Shown: positions 30,696 to 42,250, counted from the first letter of the stretch. The stretch is 64,000 bases of DNA from Blastocladiella emersonii ATCC 22665 (GCA_025594325.1 JANHCV010000003.1:496001-560000), one strand, 5' to 3'. Notes: generated by a model not told the origin, from the letters alone. Translations and numbers: made by a program.

Positions 30696-31493
30696 CCCGC
30701 CGCTCTTGGAACCGCGACGGTTCGACCGCGGCCGCGGCCGACGGCGGCCGACCCCCGCCGAATCGGATTCTTCGCGATGCGCATCATGTATTTATATAAG
30801 TGCCTAAAACGTTCACCTTGCGTCAACGTGCCATGTCACATTGGTCGGATCAGAGTATTCTGCTGTGCTGTCTGCCGCTTGGTTCCATCGCCCTCCCTCA
30901 AGCGAGACTGCAACGCGCGTCCCGTGGCCCTGCTCCCATGTCCGTTGGCCATTATCATTATCATCATCATTCATCATCCATCATCCATCATGCGCTTCCA
31001 CTCGCTCTCGTGTCGCCGTCGCTGGACGACCATCTCCAAGCTGGCTACTTGGTCAACGCGGCCATCATCATCACCGTCGTCGATTGCCATGGGTTTGTTT
31101 CCGCTTTCAGCTACTTCCGCTCCTTGACATGCGCGACGCGACCATCGTGGCCGCGGCGGACGGCCATCCATGATCACGGCGCAGCGCGGTGATTCTGATG
31201 GACCGGACAAAGGCTGCCGTGGCCATACTACTTTTTGAGTCAGTCTTCCATGTATCTATCGTCACTCATCGCCGCGATATACAGTGAACATGGTGGGGTA
31301 TGGGTGCAAGAAAGCGAGGAGAGGGTTGGGTGAACAAGTGGGTGGTGCTAGTCGAGGGGAAATAGAAGGAGAGAAGAAGTCACACGGGTCCCGCGCGCAG
31401 CGAGACGACGGTCGGCGGCCGGCCGGCGGCCATCGTCGTGGTCGCGTCGCGTCGCGTCGCGTCGCGCCGTTGTTGGCCTTGGAGATGCAGCGC

Positions 31494-32963
31494 TCACAAC
31501 GGCGGCCGCAACGTAGATGTCGACAGGTCCGTCGAGTCTGACGGAAGTCGCGGCCGCGCGAGAGGATGATGCCGATGTTGGGCGGGTCGCGGTGGCCGAA
31601 GTGCGGCGAGGAGACCGTCGGGATGCAGATACGGGGTGCCGGTGGCAGGGTCGCGGTATAGGGGTCGAGACGGCAGCGGGACGACGGCGCGAGGTGGCGG
31701 CGGAACGACGGCGCGAGGTGGCGGAGGAGGACGCTGCGGCAGACCAATGACCGTCGGCGTGCGAGCGACCCGAGCGTGCACGGGTGCCGGCGGTGCGACT
31801 GGAAGAGGAAGCACGGGCGCCGGCGGCGGCGCGATCGGTGCCGCCGAAACAGGACGACCTTCTTGAGCGGGCGCGGGTGTCGGCGCAGCTGTCGTGCCGC
31901 CCGTCGTCGTCGTCGCGGTCGGCGGCGGCAGCGGCGGCAGCGCAACGTTCCACGTTGGCCGGAGAACGTAGCGGACCTGCTCTTCATGACGCCGTTGCTG
32001 GCCGGTAGCGGCAGGTGCCGGCTGCGGCATCGAGAACGGGCAGCGCCGCAGCACGTCGCGCACGTCGCCGCTCGTGTCCGCGTGCATGATGCACTCGAGG
32101 TACCCGGGGAACTTGCGGAGGACCTTGTCGTCGATGGGCGATGCCGTCGGGTCCATGAGGTCCCACGTCGGGAACACCACCGTGTTGGCGGAGTTGTGGC
32201 GCGTCTTGCTGACCGAGTCGTCGACCATGATGGTCCGGCGCTCGCCAAACTGCGGGTACGCCTTGAAGACCAGGTCGAGCCGCTTGACCGTGGCCCACGC
32301 CTCGGCGCCGGCGCGGCCCTTGTCGCTGTGGCACATCTCGTTACCCCACACGAACAGCAGGCGCTTGGTGAGCTCGACGCCGAGCGCGAGGCAGAGCATC
32401 TCCATCGCGTTGTCGCGGTTGGCCGAGGTCCACACGCCGACCGCAACGTCGGGCCCGTTGAGCAGGAACACGATCATCTCCACGAGCCACGGCCGCGCGA
32501 AGAGCGCTCGTCTCGACCCCACTTCGCCGAGGCAACGTGGGAACGGGCGCGCCGACGGGCGCTGGATCGCGACGGCGGCGGCGCGCTCGGGGCGGGTGGG
32601 CCGGGACACGAGGCACCCGTTGAGGTCTACACACGCGCGTGACGGAGACGAGCTGCGTGGGGTACGGAGCCGAGCAGCGGGCGGAATGCGGAGCGGTGAC
32701 GCGAACGCGAACGCGAACGGGAACACGAGGATGAAGATGGGGAAGAATCGTGGTCGATCGAGTCGTCAGCAATCATCCAGTTGTAGTCGTACAGGAAGCA
32801 GCGCAGCGAGGCAGGGAGAAGGGCTTCGGGTTGATGCTCATGCAGCGACAAACGAACGAAGCTCGGTACGAACCAAACACGACCAGGTACCGCTTGTTCT
32901 CTGCATTACCACAAGGACGAGCCTCACCTCACCTTCCGCTGGATTGTTCGGGCCGGTCCTCAT
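31494..32963 (-). CDS. FCP1/NIF-like HAD-superfamily phosphatase-domain protein (DLNG variant) with a Pro-rich tail (about 396 aa)
   Basis: Exons 32900-32874 and 32626-31494 join to give NKRYLVVF|DLNGCLV. Further motifs: RPWL..VGVWTSA, TVKRLDLVF and TIMVDDSVSK. The first exon (32963-32933) and the start are uncertain. Confidence 0.72.
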
Positions 32964-33321
32964 CAACTGACTCGTTCATGAGGGTTGTTGCGCAAGCTAT
33001 CCGCACACGCACACGACGCACACGAGCGCGACGCGTCGTCGCAGTTCGTCCCTCGTGGACGCGCTGCGCCACTCAGCTGATGAGTCGTTGATTGGCAGGG
33101 TCTGGCCTTGGCTTGGTGGCGCTGCTCGCCGAGCCGGCCAACGACGTCGTCGGTCACCTTCCGCGCTCCTCCAGGGTTGCAAAGCAACCGAGCAGCTCAA
33201 CAGGCAGGGGACAGGAAAGAGATTGAGGGGGAGGAAAATTGTACATTGATAAACATCACACGAGCGAGCGACCCGGGACGGCGACGTCACTGACGATCAC
33301 TGACCCACACACAGACACACC

Positions 33322-33984
33322 TTACTCGAGGGGCGTGAAGACGACGTGGACCTCGCCCGAGATCTTGCCCTCCTCGTCGCGGAGCTCGAGCCACTTGTCG
33401 TCGAGGTTACCCTGGCGCAGGGTCGAGAGCTGGTAGGTGGTGCGGCCGATCTCCTGGCTCGGGAGGATGTTATCGTACTCCCAGAGTGCGAGACAGATGT
33501 CGCGGTCCTGGTCGTCGATGGCCATGTCCATCTGGGCGTTGAGGCGCGGGTTGGTGCCGACGTTCTCGTAGACCTGGGTCTTGTGCTTCTTCTCGCCGAC
33601 CCAGATCTTGCAGTACACGTCGTAGGAGGCCGTGATCTTGTTGACGCGCACGTCCTTGAGGTTGCGGGCCTCGACAATGTTGATGTTGACGCGGCGCAGC
33701 TTGAAGTTGTTCTGCACGGGCGCGGCGGGCTGGTGGCACTGCTGCTGCTGCTGGGGCTGCTGCTGGTACTGGGGCTGCTGGGGCTGGCCGTACGACGGGC
33801 CGGGCGCGGGCTGGTACGACGGGCCGGGGGCCGGCTGGTACTGCTGCTGCTGCTGGGGCGCCTGGTAGCCCTGGCCCGAGGTCATGGCGGCGTGCTGCTT
33901 CTGCAGGTTGATGAGGTCCTGCTCGGCCTTGAGCACGGCCTGGATCTGCTCCTGGTGGCGGCGCATGTTGTCCTCGTACGACAT
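33322..33984 (-). CDS. Single C2-domain protein with a Q/P/Y-rich N-terminus (220 aa)
   Basis: C2 pattern: VNINIVEARNLKD..DVYCKIWVGEKKHKTQV..NP..LWEYDNILPSQEIGR..WLEL..GEVHV. Confidence 0.88.
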   Translation of the reverse strand: MSYEDNMRRHQEQIQAVLKAEQDLINLQKQHAAMTSGQGYQAPQQQQQYQPAPGPSYQPAPGPSYGQPQQPQYQQQPQQQQQCHQPAAPVQNNFKLRRVNINIVEARNLKDVRVNKITASYDVYCKIWVGEKKHKTQVYENVGTNPRLNAQMDMAIDDQDRDICLALWEYDNILPSQEIGRTTYQLSTLRQGNLDDKWLELRDEEGKISGEVHVVFTPLE

Positions 33985-34161
33985 GCTAGTTGATGATGGA
34001 GGGGGAGGGGAGCGGGGTGGCGGGGTCAGCCGGGGGCTCGAGCTCGCGGTCTAGTTCATCAGAGTAGCATCATCATCCATACTTGATGGTGTTGGTGGTG
34101 GGGTTTACGAAGGTGGGAGCAAGGGAGCAAGGACCTGTGGACAGCAGCACTTGGGGAGAGA

Positions 34162-34183
34162 GGGGGACCCGGCCCTCTTTATA
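34162..34183 (-). promoter_or_regulatory. TATA box with extended GGCC-GGG-CCC element, upstream of the C2 gene
   Basis: The minus strand reads TATAAAGAGGGCCGGGTCCCCC, followed by a CT-rich tract. Confidence 0.65.
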
Positions 34184-34513
34184 GTCCGACCTCGGCGATG
34201 CAGCGAAGCCAAGTCGGCGGCTTGCGCGTTCGACGGCGGCGCGTGGCGAAGCCCATTTTCGGGCTCCCGTTGCGGCATGCGCCCTTGTGTGGAGCGGCCC
34301 ACAGGTGGCGCGTGAAAGATTTATCGATGGCCATCGAAATAGAAGGCTAACGCGAAACGCGTCGCGTCGCCGTGCCGTCCTGCTCGCGCGCCGCCCCAAC
34401 CGTCCCTGCCCTCACGAACGAACCAACGCGCACGCTGCACGCATCGTGACGCACGCCCACTTCATGCATCACGTCGCCCGCTGAGGCCCCGCACACCTTC
34501 TTGCACCATTATC

Positions 34514-36218
34514 ATGGCCGCCGCCGTCGAGCCGGGCCGCGTGCCGCCCGCCGTGGCCGGCCGCCACTTTGCCGCGCTGTACATGTCGCTCGAGGACAAG
34601 GGGTACAAGCAGGTCGTCGACCGGCTGCGCGGCGGCAAGCACACGGCCAAGCAGTTTGCCGAGTTTGTCGCCGCGCGGATCGCGCTCGCCGGCGACAACG
34701 TGCTGCGGCTGACCAAGATGGCCAAGATCCTCGACAACGAGGATATCGGGTACGCGATCACGAGCGTTACCTGTCGCACTGTTCTCGGCTGACCCCCGAT
34801 CCGGCGTGACCAGAACGACGAGCGCCGCCATGACCGCCGTCAAGGCCGAGACCGAGGCGCAGGCGCGCGCGCACGACGAGTTCCGGGGCGCGCTCAAGGA
34901 GCAGGTCGAGAAACCGCTCGGCGACCTGATCGCGCGGCAGAAGCAGGTCCGCGAAGCGCACCTCGCGACGGCCGAGCGCAACATGAAGGCGCGGGCGACG
35001 GCGCAGCAGCACTACCTGCGTGTGCGCGACAAGTACAACTCGCGCAACGCCGAGACGGTCGCGCTGCGGGAGACGGCGCGCACCAAGTACGGGCGCGAGC
35101 AGGAGAAGGCGGCGCAGCGGCTCACGAAACTCGAGGCCACGCTCAAGACGCTCGAGACCGAGTACCTGCAGGCGCACGAGCAGTTGGGGTCGGCGAACCG
35201 CACGTGGGAGGCCGACTGGGCGAAATCGCTCGCCGAGCTCGAGCAGCTCGAGGTCGACCGCATGGACGCGCTCCGCATCTACGGCGCCCGGTACGCGCAC
35301 GCCGCGCGCGAGCTCGCCGTCAAGGAGGCCGAGAGCGTCGACCGCTCGCTCGCCGGCGTATCCGCTATCCACCCGACCGGCGACCTCTTCACCTTTGTCC
35401 ACTCGCTCAACCTCGCCACCGACGACCTCACCGAGTCCACGGGCCCGCTCTCGCCGTCGTCCACCAACCCGGACCTCGCGGGCGCCGCCGCTGCGTCCGC
35501 GGGCAACTCGCCACCACGCGGCGCTTCCGCCTTCGTCCCCGTGCCCGAACCACAATACCCGCCGCCGCCACCGCTCGGCACGCAGTCCACGGGCGGCGCA
35601 CCTCCCGCGTCGGCGCACGCGACCGGCGCCAGTAGCTCCGACCCGACGATGCGCGTGCTCGGCAGCCAGATCGCCGCCATGGACATGACGGGCGGGCTCG
35701 CGGGCGGGCTGCAGCCTGCGCACCCGCCGGACGCGTCGTTTGGCCCCGCGTCGGCGGGGATCCTCGCGATGCCGAGCCCCGAGTCGGCCGCCGCCGCGAT
35801 CGCCGCGGGCAACGTCCCTCCGCCGTACTCGCTCGTTACTGGCCGCCTCACGGGCCAGCCAACAGGCGGGATGTCCAACTCGATGTCGGCGCCGTCGCTC
35901 CTCGAGCCCGCGGCAACCGGCGCCTCGACCTCCGGCGGCGTCGTGGTCGCGGACGGCGGCGCGGCGGCCGTCGAGATGGACATCATGGACGCGTCGGTGC
36001 CGCAGCCCGTGCTTCTGGTCGCCGTGGCGCGGTTCGCGTACCGGGCGACGATCCCCGAGGAGCTCAGCTTCGAGGCGGGCCAGGAGCTCCCGATCCTCGC
36101 GACGCACGAGGACGGGTGGTGGATCGCTGAGACGGCGAGCGATCCGGCGTTCCCCGGGATCCGGAGGCGCGGGCTCGTGCCGAGCAACTTTCTATCCGTG
36201 TCGTCGACGGCGACGTGA
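34514..36218 (+). CDS. F-BAR + SH3 protein of Cdc15/Hof1/PSTPIP type (546 aa, 2 exons)
   Basis: Exons 34514-34749 and 34814-36218. FCH start GYKQVVDRLRGGKHTAKQFAEFV, a helical BAR region (W..SLAELEQLEVDRMDALR) and a C-terminal SH3 (ARFAYRATIPEELSFEAG..EDGWW..GLVPSNFL). Confidence 0.88.
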
Positions 36219-36299
36219 TGGGTCGGGCGGCGGGAATGAAATGGGATGGATTAAAGACTGGGTACACGGCGGGGAGGGGAAGGGAGAAGCGGGGTCGGG

Positions 36300-37177
36300 T
36301 CAGAGGACCGACAGGCTGGCGTTGGACCGCAGCCCTGGCTTGTCCGCGGCGCGCGTCGGGTTGCGGATCACGGCCAGGACCGTGCTCTTGGCCAGCTTGC
36401 GGTACGTGCCGCGCTCGTTGACGATCATCCACCACTATGCGAGGGCCACACACGCGTCAGCATCCCGCACCGCCCGCCCTGCAGCAGCAGCGCGCGTACC
36501 CCAAACAAGAAAAAGTCAGCGGGCTTCCACACCGAGACCCATCCCGCGATCGTGAGCAGGTTGCCGCCGAGCGTGGCCCACAGCGACACGGACTGCAGGA
36601 TCGCGGCCACGAACAGGCACAGCGTCAGGAACAGCAGGCCGATGAGCAGGCACGTCTGCTGCACCTGCAGCTCGCGGCGCAGCCGCTGCGTGCACTCCCG
36701 GTCGAGCCGCTCAAAATACGCGTGGATCGCCTACATGATATGCGGGCGAGTGAGTCGCGTGGCGAGGGGAGCGGAGGGATGCGAGGGAAGCGAACCTCCT
36801 CCATGTTCTCCATGGTCGTCTCGAACCCGTGCGGCGAGTAGTCGTACATGTCCTTGCTGGCGCAGTGCATCGGGTCAGCGTCACTCGTCGCGATGCTCAG
36901 CGAACGGCGTACCTCGGGACATGCAGCTCGATGACATACGACGGCACGCTTGGCGCCTCACGCGCCGTGTCCAGGACTACCGCGTCCATGACGGTCAGCT
37001 CGGACTCGAGCCATGCATGCGAGAACAAGAGTACGGACTGTACTGTGCGGCGGCCGGGTCGAGGTCCTGCTCGTAGTACGGCGCCGGGTCGAACGTATTG
37101 AACAGCTGCTGCGGCCGCCGCAGCCGAACGTGGATCATGAGCGGCTCCGCTGGCCGGCGCCAGAAGAAGAGATGCAT
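36300..37177 (-). CDS. Uncharacterised 2-TM membrane protein resembling a prokaryotic hypothetical-protein family (209 aa, 5 exons)
   Basis: Exons 37177-37039, 36976-36913, 36856-36796, 36730-36500 and 36434-36300 sum to 630 nt with no internal stop. All four introns are canonical GT..AG, 56-65 nt. Protein: ..QLFNTFDPAPYYEQDLDPAAAQY|ILDTARE..AIHAYF..LLIGLLFLTLCL..IAGWVSVWKPADFFLFG|WW..YRKL. Confidence 0.82.
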
Positions 37178-37456
37178 GGTGACTACGTGGATGTTACATG
37201 AGGTGCCCGATTCGTTGAGGGAGCGAAGGAGGCTTAGCCCGCCGGCCGATCCGCGCGCCGCGAGCGAGACGCGTCGACGCGCCGCGCAGCGCAACGGCGC
37301 ACGTGAGATCTGCTGACGCCGTCGACACGCCACTCCTTGCGCGCTGCTCGCTCACCGCTGTCGTGTCGAGTCGGGCACGCGTGCCTCACCGCGCCATCAC
37401 ACCCCACGAACGACGCATACGCAACGTAACGCTAAACCACGCATCAACACCACGCA

Positions 37457-37852
37457 ATGGGCCGTCTCCGCAAGAAGCGCAACCACCACGGGATCCGCGA
37501 CATCAAGCGCAAGGTGTCGACCAAGAACCGGACCAAGGACCTGGACCAGATCGTGGTTGACCTGGAGCCGGCCAACGCCGTCAAGCTGGCCAACCAGGAG
37601 TTTGACCTCGACCTGCCGGGCCAGGGCCAGCACTACTGCATCGAGTGCGCGCGCTACTTTGTCAACGACCTGTCCCTGCAGGAGCACACCAAGAGCAAGA
37701 TCCACCGCCGCCGGTTGAAGGAGATCAAGTTCGGCGCCTTCTCGCAGGAGGAGGCCGAGGCCGCCGTCGGCCTCAAGACCGATAACGGCCCGCGGAGCCG
37801 TGGCGCCGCGGCGGCCGTCGTCGATGTCGCCATGGACACGGCGCAGGCGTGA
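37457..37852 (+). CDS. BUD20: Bud20/ZNF593 zinc-finger pre-60S ribosome factor (131 aa)
   Basis: MGRLRKKR..RTKDLDQI..DLPGQGQHYCIECARYF..HTKSKIHRRRLKEIK..FSQEEAEAAVG. Confidence 0.93.
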   Translation: MGRLRKKRNHHGIRDIKRKVSTKNRTKDLDQIVVDLEPANAVKLANQEFDLDLPGQGQHYCIECARYFVNDLSLQEHTKSKIHRRRLKEIKFGAFSQEEAEAAVGLKTDNGPRSRGAAAAVVDVAMDTAQA

Positions 37853-38127
37853 GCACGCGGCTGTCTCGTTCCCTCTCACTTGTATAATACGTTCTTCTCT
37901 CCACCCTCGTCCTTGATAAATTAGTACCCTGTCCACCATCGCTTGACTCGACTCGCGACCAACGAACGCATCGATGAGCGTGGCTCGCAGCGATTGACCG
38001 ACCGATGCGCACAACGAAGCGACTCAAAGAAACCGAGGCGAGAAGAGGCGGGAGATGATCGTTGCTGTGAAAAAAAAAAGTGTATAACCAACCCCCATCC
38101 CTCAAAACTACACGCCGACCAGCCGAC

Positions 38128-40854
38128 TCAGTTCCGCGACCGCTTGGTGCCCTCGTTCGAGTCGACGTCGGCCGAGGCACGCTTGGTACCGGCGCCCGCG
38201 AGCGGTGCGGGGCGGCCGGTGCCGAGCGAGTACTGGAGCTTGACGTCGTAGATTTCGTTGGTGCGCTCGTTCTTGGCCTGGATCGTGATCTCCGAGTTGC
38301 CGAACTGCACCGAGATCTGGATCGGGTACTCGTTGATGGACCGCGTGCGGTCGAGGTTGAGCGGCACCATGATCTCGCCGAGCTGCTGGCACCCCTCCTC
38401 GTCCGTGAACCGGGGCTCGGGCGACGACGTGGCGAAGAGCGTGAGGCGGATCGACATGGACCAGATGGCGGGCGGGTAGTAGGTGCGCTTGACCACCTTG
38501 TCCACGTCAATCGCGTCGCCGACCGCCACGAGCTTGTCGAACTTGTCCTCGACCATCCACGTGCGCTGGTACTCGTCCCACGACTTGCGCTCCTCGGGGA
38601 ACGACTCGTCCCAGTACCCGCGCACCGCGAGCCCGTACGTGAGGCGCATGCGGCGCGCCGCAATCACCTCCGGGTGCAGCCCGTAGTACACGGCGCCCTT
38701 GACGACCGACGCGCCCGGGTCGTTGGGGCAGAACACCTCGATGCCGCGCGGCTCGAACTTGCCGCGCACGCGGTTGATGAGCAGCTGCGACTCGTTGAAC
38801 CCGCCGACGCACAGGATCTTGTCCACCTTCTTGTTGCCGCACCGGCCCAGCATCTCCTCGGCCAGGTCCTCGATCGAGCTGACCACGGGCTCGAAGATGG
38901 CGAGCATGCGCGCCGAGGGCAGCAGCACCACGTCGTCCCACCCGTCCTGCGCGTCGGCGAGCTTCTGCTTGGCCTCGTCCGACATGGCGGCGAGCATCTT
39001 GGGCGGGATCGGGATCGAGTCGGCCTCCTCCGAGTCCGGGTTGGCGCCCGTGTACGCGCGCTTGATCACCTCCCACGCGCTGTGCACCACCATGAGCTCG
39101 TCGGGCCGCTCCGTGCGCGCCGTCTCGTATACGTCCTCGCCCACCATCTCCTTGAAGTAGTTGTTGAACTCGTCGTCGACGAAGGTCGAACCGCACGACC
39201 GGCCTTGGTGGGCGTGTGCGAGTGATCAGCGACAGTCGCGGGGACGAGCACAACGAGGAGAAGTGGCGTACCGAGACCAGGCGCAACCTCGCGGAACCGC
39301 ATCGAGCCGAGATCGTCGACCACCACCTCGTGCACCGTGAGATCGACGGTACCGCCACCTAGATACGGGTCAAGCAGGAGCGCGAGCGACGAGAGCGGGA
39401 TCGGGATCGGGTGAGAAGGTCGGGACGGTGACAAGCGGGGAACGAGCGAGCGAGATATGGGTGCGGGGCGGGTGGGAGGGCAAGTACGGCAGCAGCAGCA
39501 GCAATCGAGCAGCGGAGACCTGATCCACGAGATTGCGCGCGCGCCAGGAGCAGCTAGTTCGCCGAGACGACGACGCACGCTGATCGACACGACCAGGGTG
39601 TTCCCGTCGTCTGCGGCAGGGAGGCCTAGTTCGAGCCGAAGGAGAGGAGCGAGCGAGGGAGGGAGGGGGTCGAGAGCGTCGATGCAAGACACCGTCCGCG
39701 ACGAGTCGCGGGAGTCAAGCGGGACAGCAGCTCGAAGCGATGTGATGCGAGGCGAGGGAGCGGCAGCCGGGGGTCGGCGCACAGGCGGATGCTGGCGATG
39801 CAAGGGAGGGAGGGGTGGGGGAGAAGAGAAAGTCGAGTCGAGCCGTCGTCGCGAGGACGAACGGTCGCGGGCAAGTACGCGAGCGGGCACCCTCCGAGTG
39901 GCCGATGAGCGAGCGGGCGAACGAGCGCGAGATGTCCATGTCGATGAGCGGAGCGTTGCTACACGTCGAGTGGTCGATGCGGTCGAGTCGAGTCGAAGGC
40001 GGCGGCGGTGGTGCGGCGGGTGGAGGGAGCCGTCGCAGTGTTGACGAGTGCGCCGAGCGGCACCGGCGGCGGCGGCGGCGACGGCAAGGGCGAGAGCGGA
40101 GAGGTTAGCGAGAGAGAGAGGAACGGACCAGCGTCGAGGATCATGAACACCTCGCCGTTCTTGAGCGAGTTGGCGTCCTCGGACTTGATGTGGAGGGCGG
40201 CGGCCTCGGGCTCGAGGATGATGAGCAGGCGCGGGTCCGAGGGGTCGTCGATGATGCCGGCGTAGGCGGCGGCCTTGCGCGTGAGGAACTTTGCCTTGTC
40301 GGTCCACATGGCGGGGACCGTGAGGCACCACTGGACGAGGTCGAGCGAGAACGTCTGGCCGTACTTGGTCGTGAGCGTCGACACCACGTTCTCCTTGAGC
40401 AGCTTGAGGTAGTCGCCGATCATGGCCACGGCGCGGCGGCTGTCGAGCCCGTTGGCGCGCGCATACTCCTCGTCGAGCAGCAGCTTGAACCGCGTCTCGA
40501 GCGCGTGCTTGGCGCGCTCCTGCGGCCGCAGCCGCGCAAACTTCTGCGTCGCCGCGTACCCCCACGCCACGGGCGTGCGGTCCGCGTCGTACAGCAGCGC
40601 CGTCAGCGTCTTCGGGTACGGCCGCGGCTGCTTGTCCCAGTTGTACTGCGCCTCGATCGCCTTCTGGTCGCCCTTGTGGCTGTACGCGAAGCCCGAGTGC
40701 GACGTGCCAAAGTCTGCGTGTCCGCGCGCATCGAGTGCACACATGCTCAGATCGAGTGAGTCGACGATCGCGCGCAAGTGTCTCACAGGAGCGCCCACGC
40801 ACCAATGGCGACGACGTAGCGCGTCTTGTCCTTGGGGTTGGATGTGGTGGTCAT
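38128..40854 (-). CDS. HSPA12: Atypical Hsp70 of HSPA12 type (599 aa, 4 exons)
   Basis: Exons 40854-40803, 40713-40129, 39358-39272 and 39203-38128. Splicing restores YVVAI|DFGTSHSGFAYS, ILDA|GGGTVD and GL|GRSCGSTFVD. Also present: WCLTVPAMW, LEPEAAAL, LCVGGFNES, SVVKGAV. Confidence 0.88.
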
Positions 40855-41313
40855 GGTGCGATAGAGTCAGCGGATCCGACACGATTGCAGGGAGTCGGCA
40901 GGGTAGTCGTATCGAGAGAATTTATAGGGTAGAGGGAGAGAGGGGGGAGCGCGGCGGCCAGGGGGTCGCGCTGGGGAGAGTGAGAGTCACGGAAATTCTC
41001 CGAGGCCCCATGGCAACGCCCGAGCCACAAAATAACAAGCACGGTTGCTAGGGAGATCACGTTGGTAATATCTTGTTATTTGATGGTTCTGGCAGGTCAT
41101 TAAGGGGCTGGGTCAGGTGTATTGAAATCAGCTCACGTGGGTCATGTGGCCGAGTGTCCCACGTGGGCAGCCCCGGAACGCGTTCGCGTTTTTTTGCCGG
41201 CGATCCCGACCTGACCTCCGACCTCCGCCAAAGCCCTCGCTCCCTCGCTCTCCCTCATTTGGATCGCTCGCCCAACGATCACCGCTACGAATCAACACCA
41301 CCAGCACAGCACC

Positions 41314-42151
41314 ATGCCCGGCCTCTTTGACCTCGAGAGCCAGTTCATCTTCTACGGCGCCTACCACAAGAATGGCATCAACAAGCTGATCGTACCGTAT
41401 CGCCGCCGCCGCCGCCACGCTGCGCAACCCACCCGCCCGCTTACCGAGCCCGTACCCTCCGCGTAGCACATCATCTGCGTGCCGCTGATCCTGTGGTCGC
41501 TGTTCGTGTGGCTGTCGAACACGGGCGAGCTGGTGCCGCTGGAGATTGTGCGCAAGATCCCGCCGTACCAGGGGTGGGTGCCCGAGGCCAACGGCGCCTT
41601 CCTGGTCGGCCTCGGCTACCTGCTCTACTACCTGTGCCTCGAGCCCATCGCCACCCTGACCTACGCGCCCATGATGCTGCTCACCTTCGTCACGGCCGGC
41701 GCCTTTGCCGCCTACGTGCCCAACCACAACTGGTTCGCCCTCTACGTGCACCTCGCGTCGTGGGCCGGCCAGATCGTTGCCCACTACGTGTTCGAGAAGC
41801 GCGCGCCCGCGTTCTTTGACTCGGTGCACCAGGGTACGTTCGGCAACGCTGCGCGACGATCGAGGCGGTGCGGCGGCGTCGTGTGTGCGGTGGTCTTCTC
41901 AGGCATCGCACCGCACAGTCGCCGCCGCCACCGACCACCCATTCGCGCCCACTCACACTCACGCGACTCGCCGCCCCCGCGTAGCCTTCGTCATGGCCCC
42001 GCTGTTCGTGTGGATGGAGGTCCTGTTCGTCCTCGGGTACAACCCGGAGCTCGCCGAGCGCCTCGACAAGCAGATCGACGTCGAGATTGCCAAGTTCCGC
42101 GCGACGCAGAAGGGCGGCAAGGCGGCGGTCAAGGCGGCCAAGACCGAGTAG
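41314..42151 (+). CDS. MPO1: Mpo1/DUF962-family membrane protein, putative 2-hydroxy fatty-acid dioxygenase (203 aa, 3 exons)
   Basis: Exons 41314-41391, 41467-41833 and 41985-42151. Motifs: FYGAYHKNGINKLI|HIICVPLILWS, WAGQIVAHYVFEKRAPAFFDS, AFVMAPLFVWMEVLF..GYNP. Confidence 0.88.
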
Positions 42152-42250
42152 GCGCGATTATTCGATGATACACATCTTCCCTCTCCTTCGCGACCAGCCG
42201 ACCAGTGAGTAAAAACTAATCGTGTGTGTGTATTTTGAGCGACAACGACC

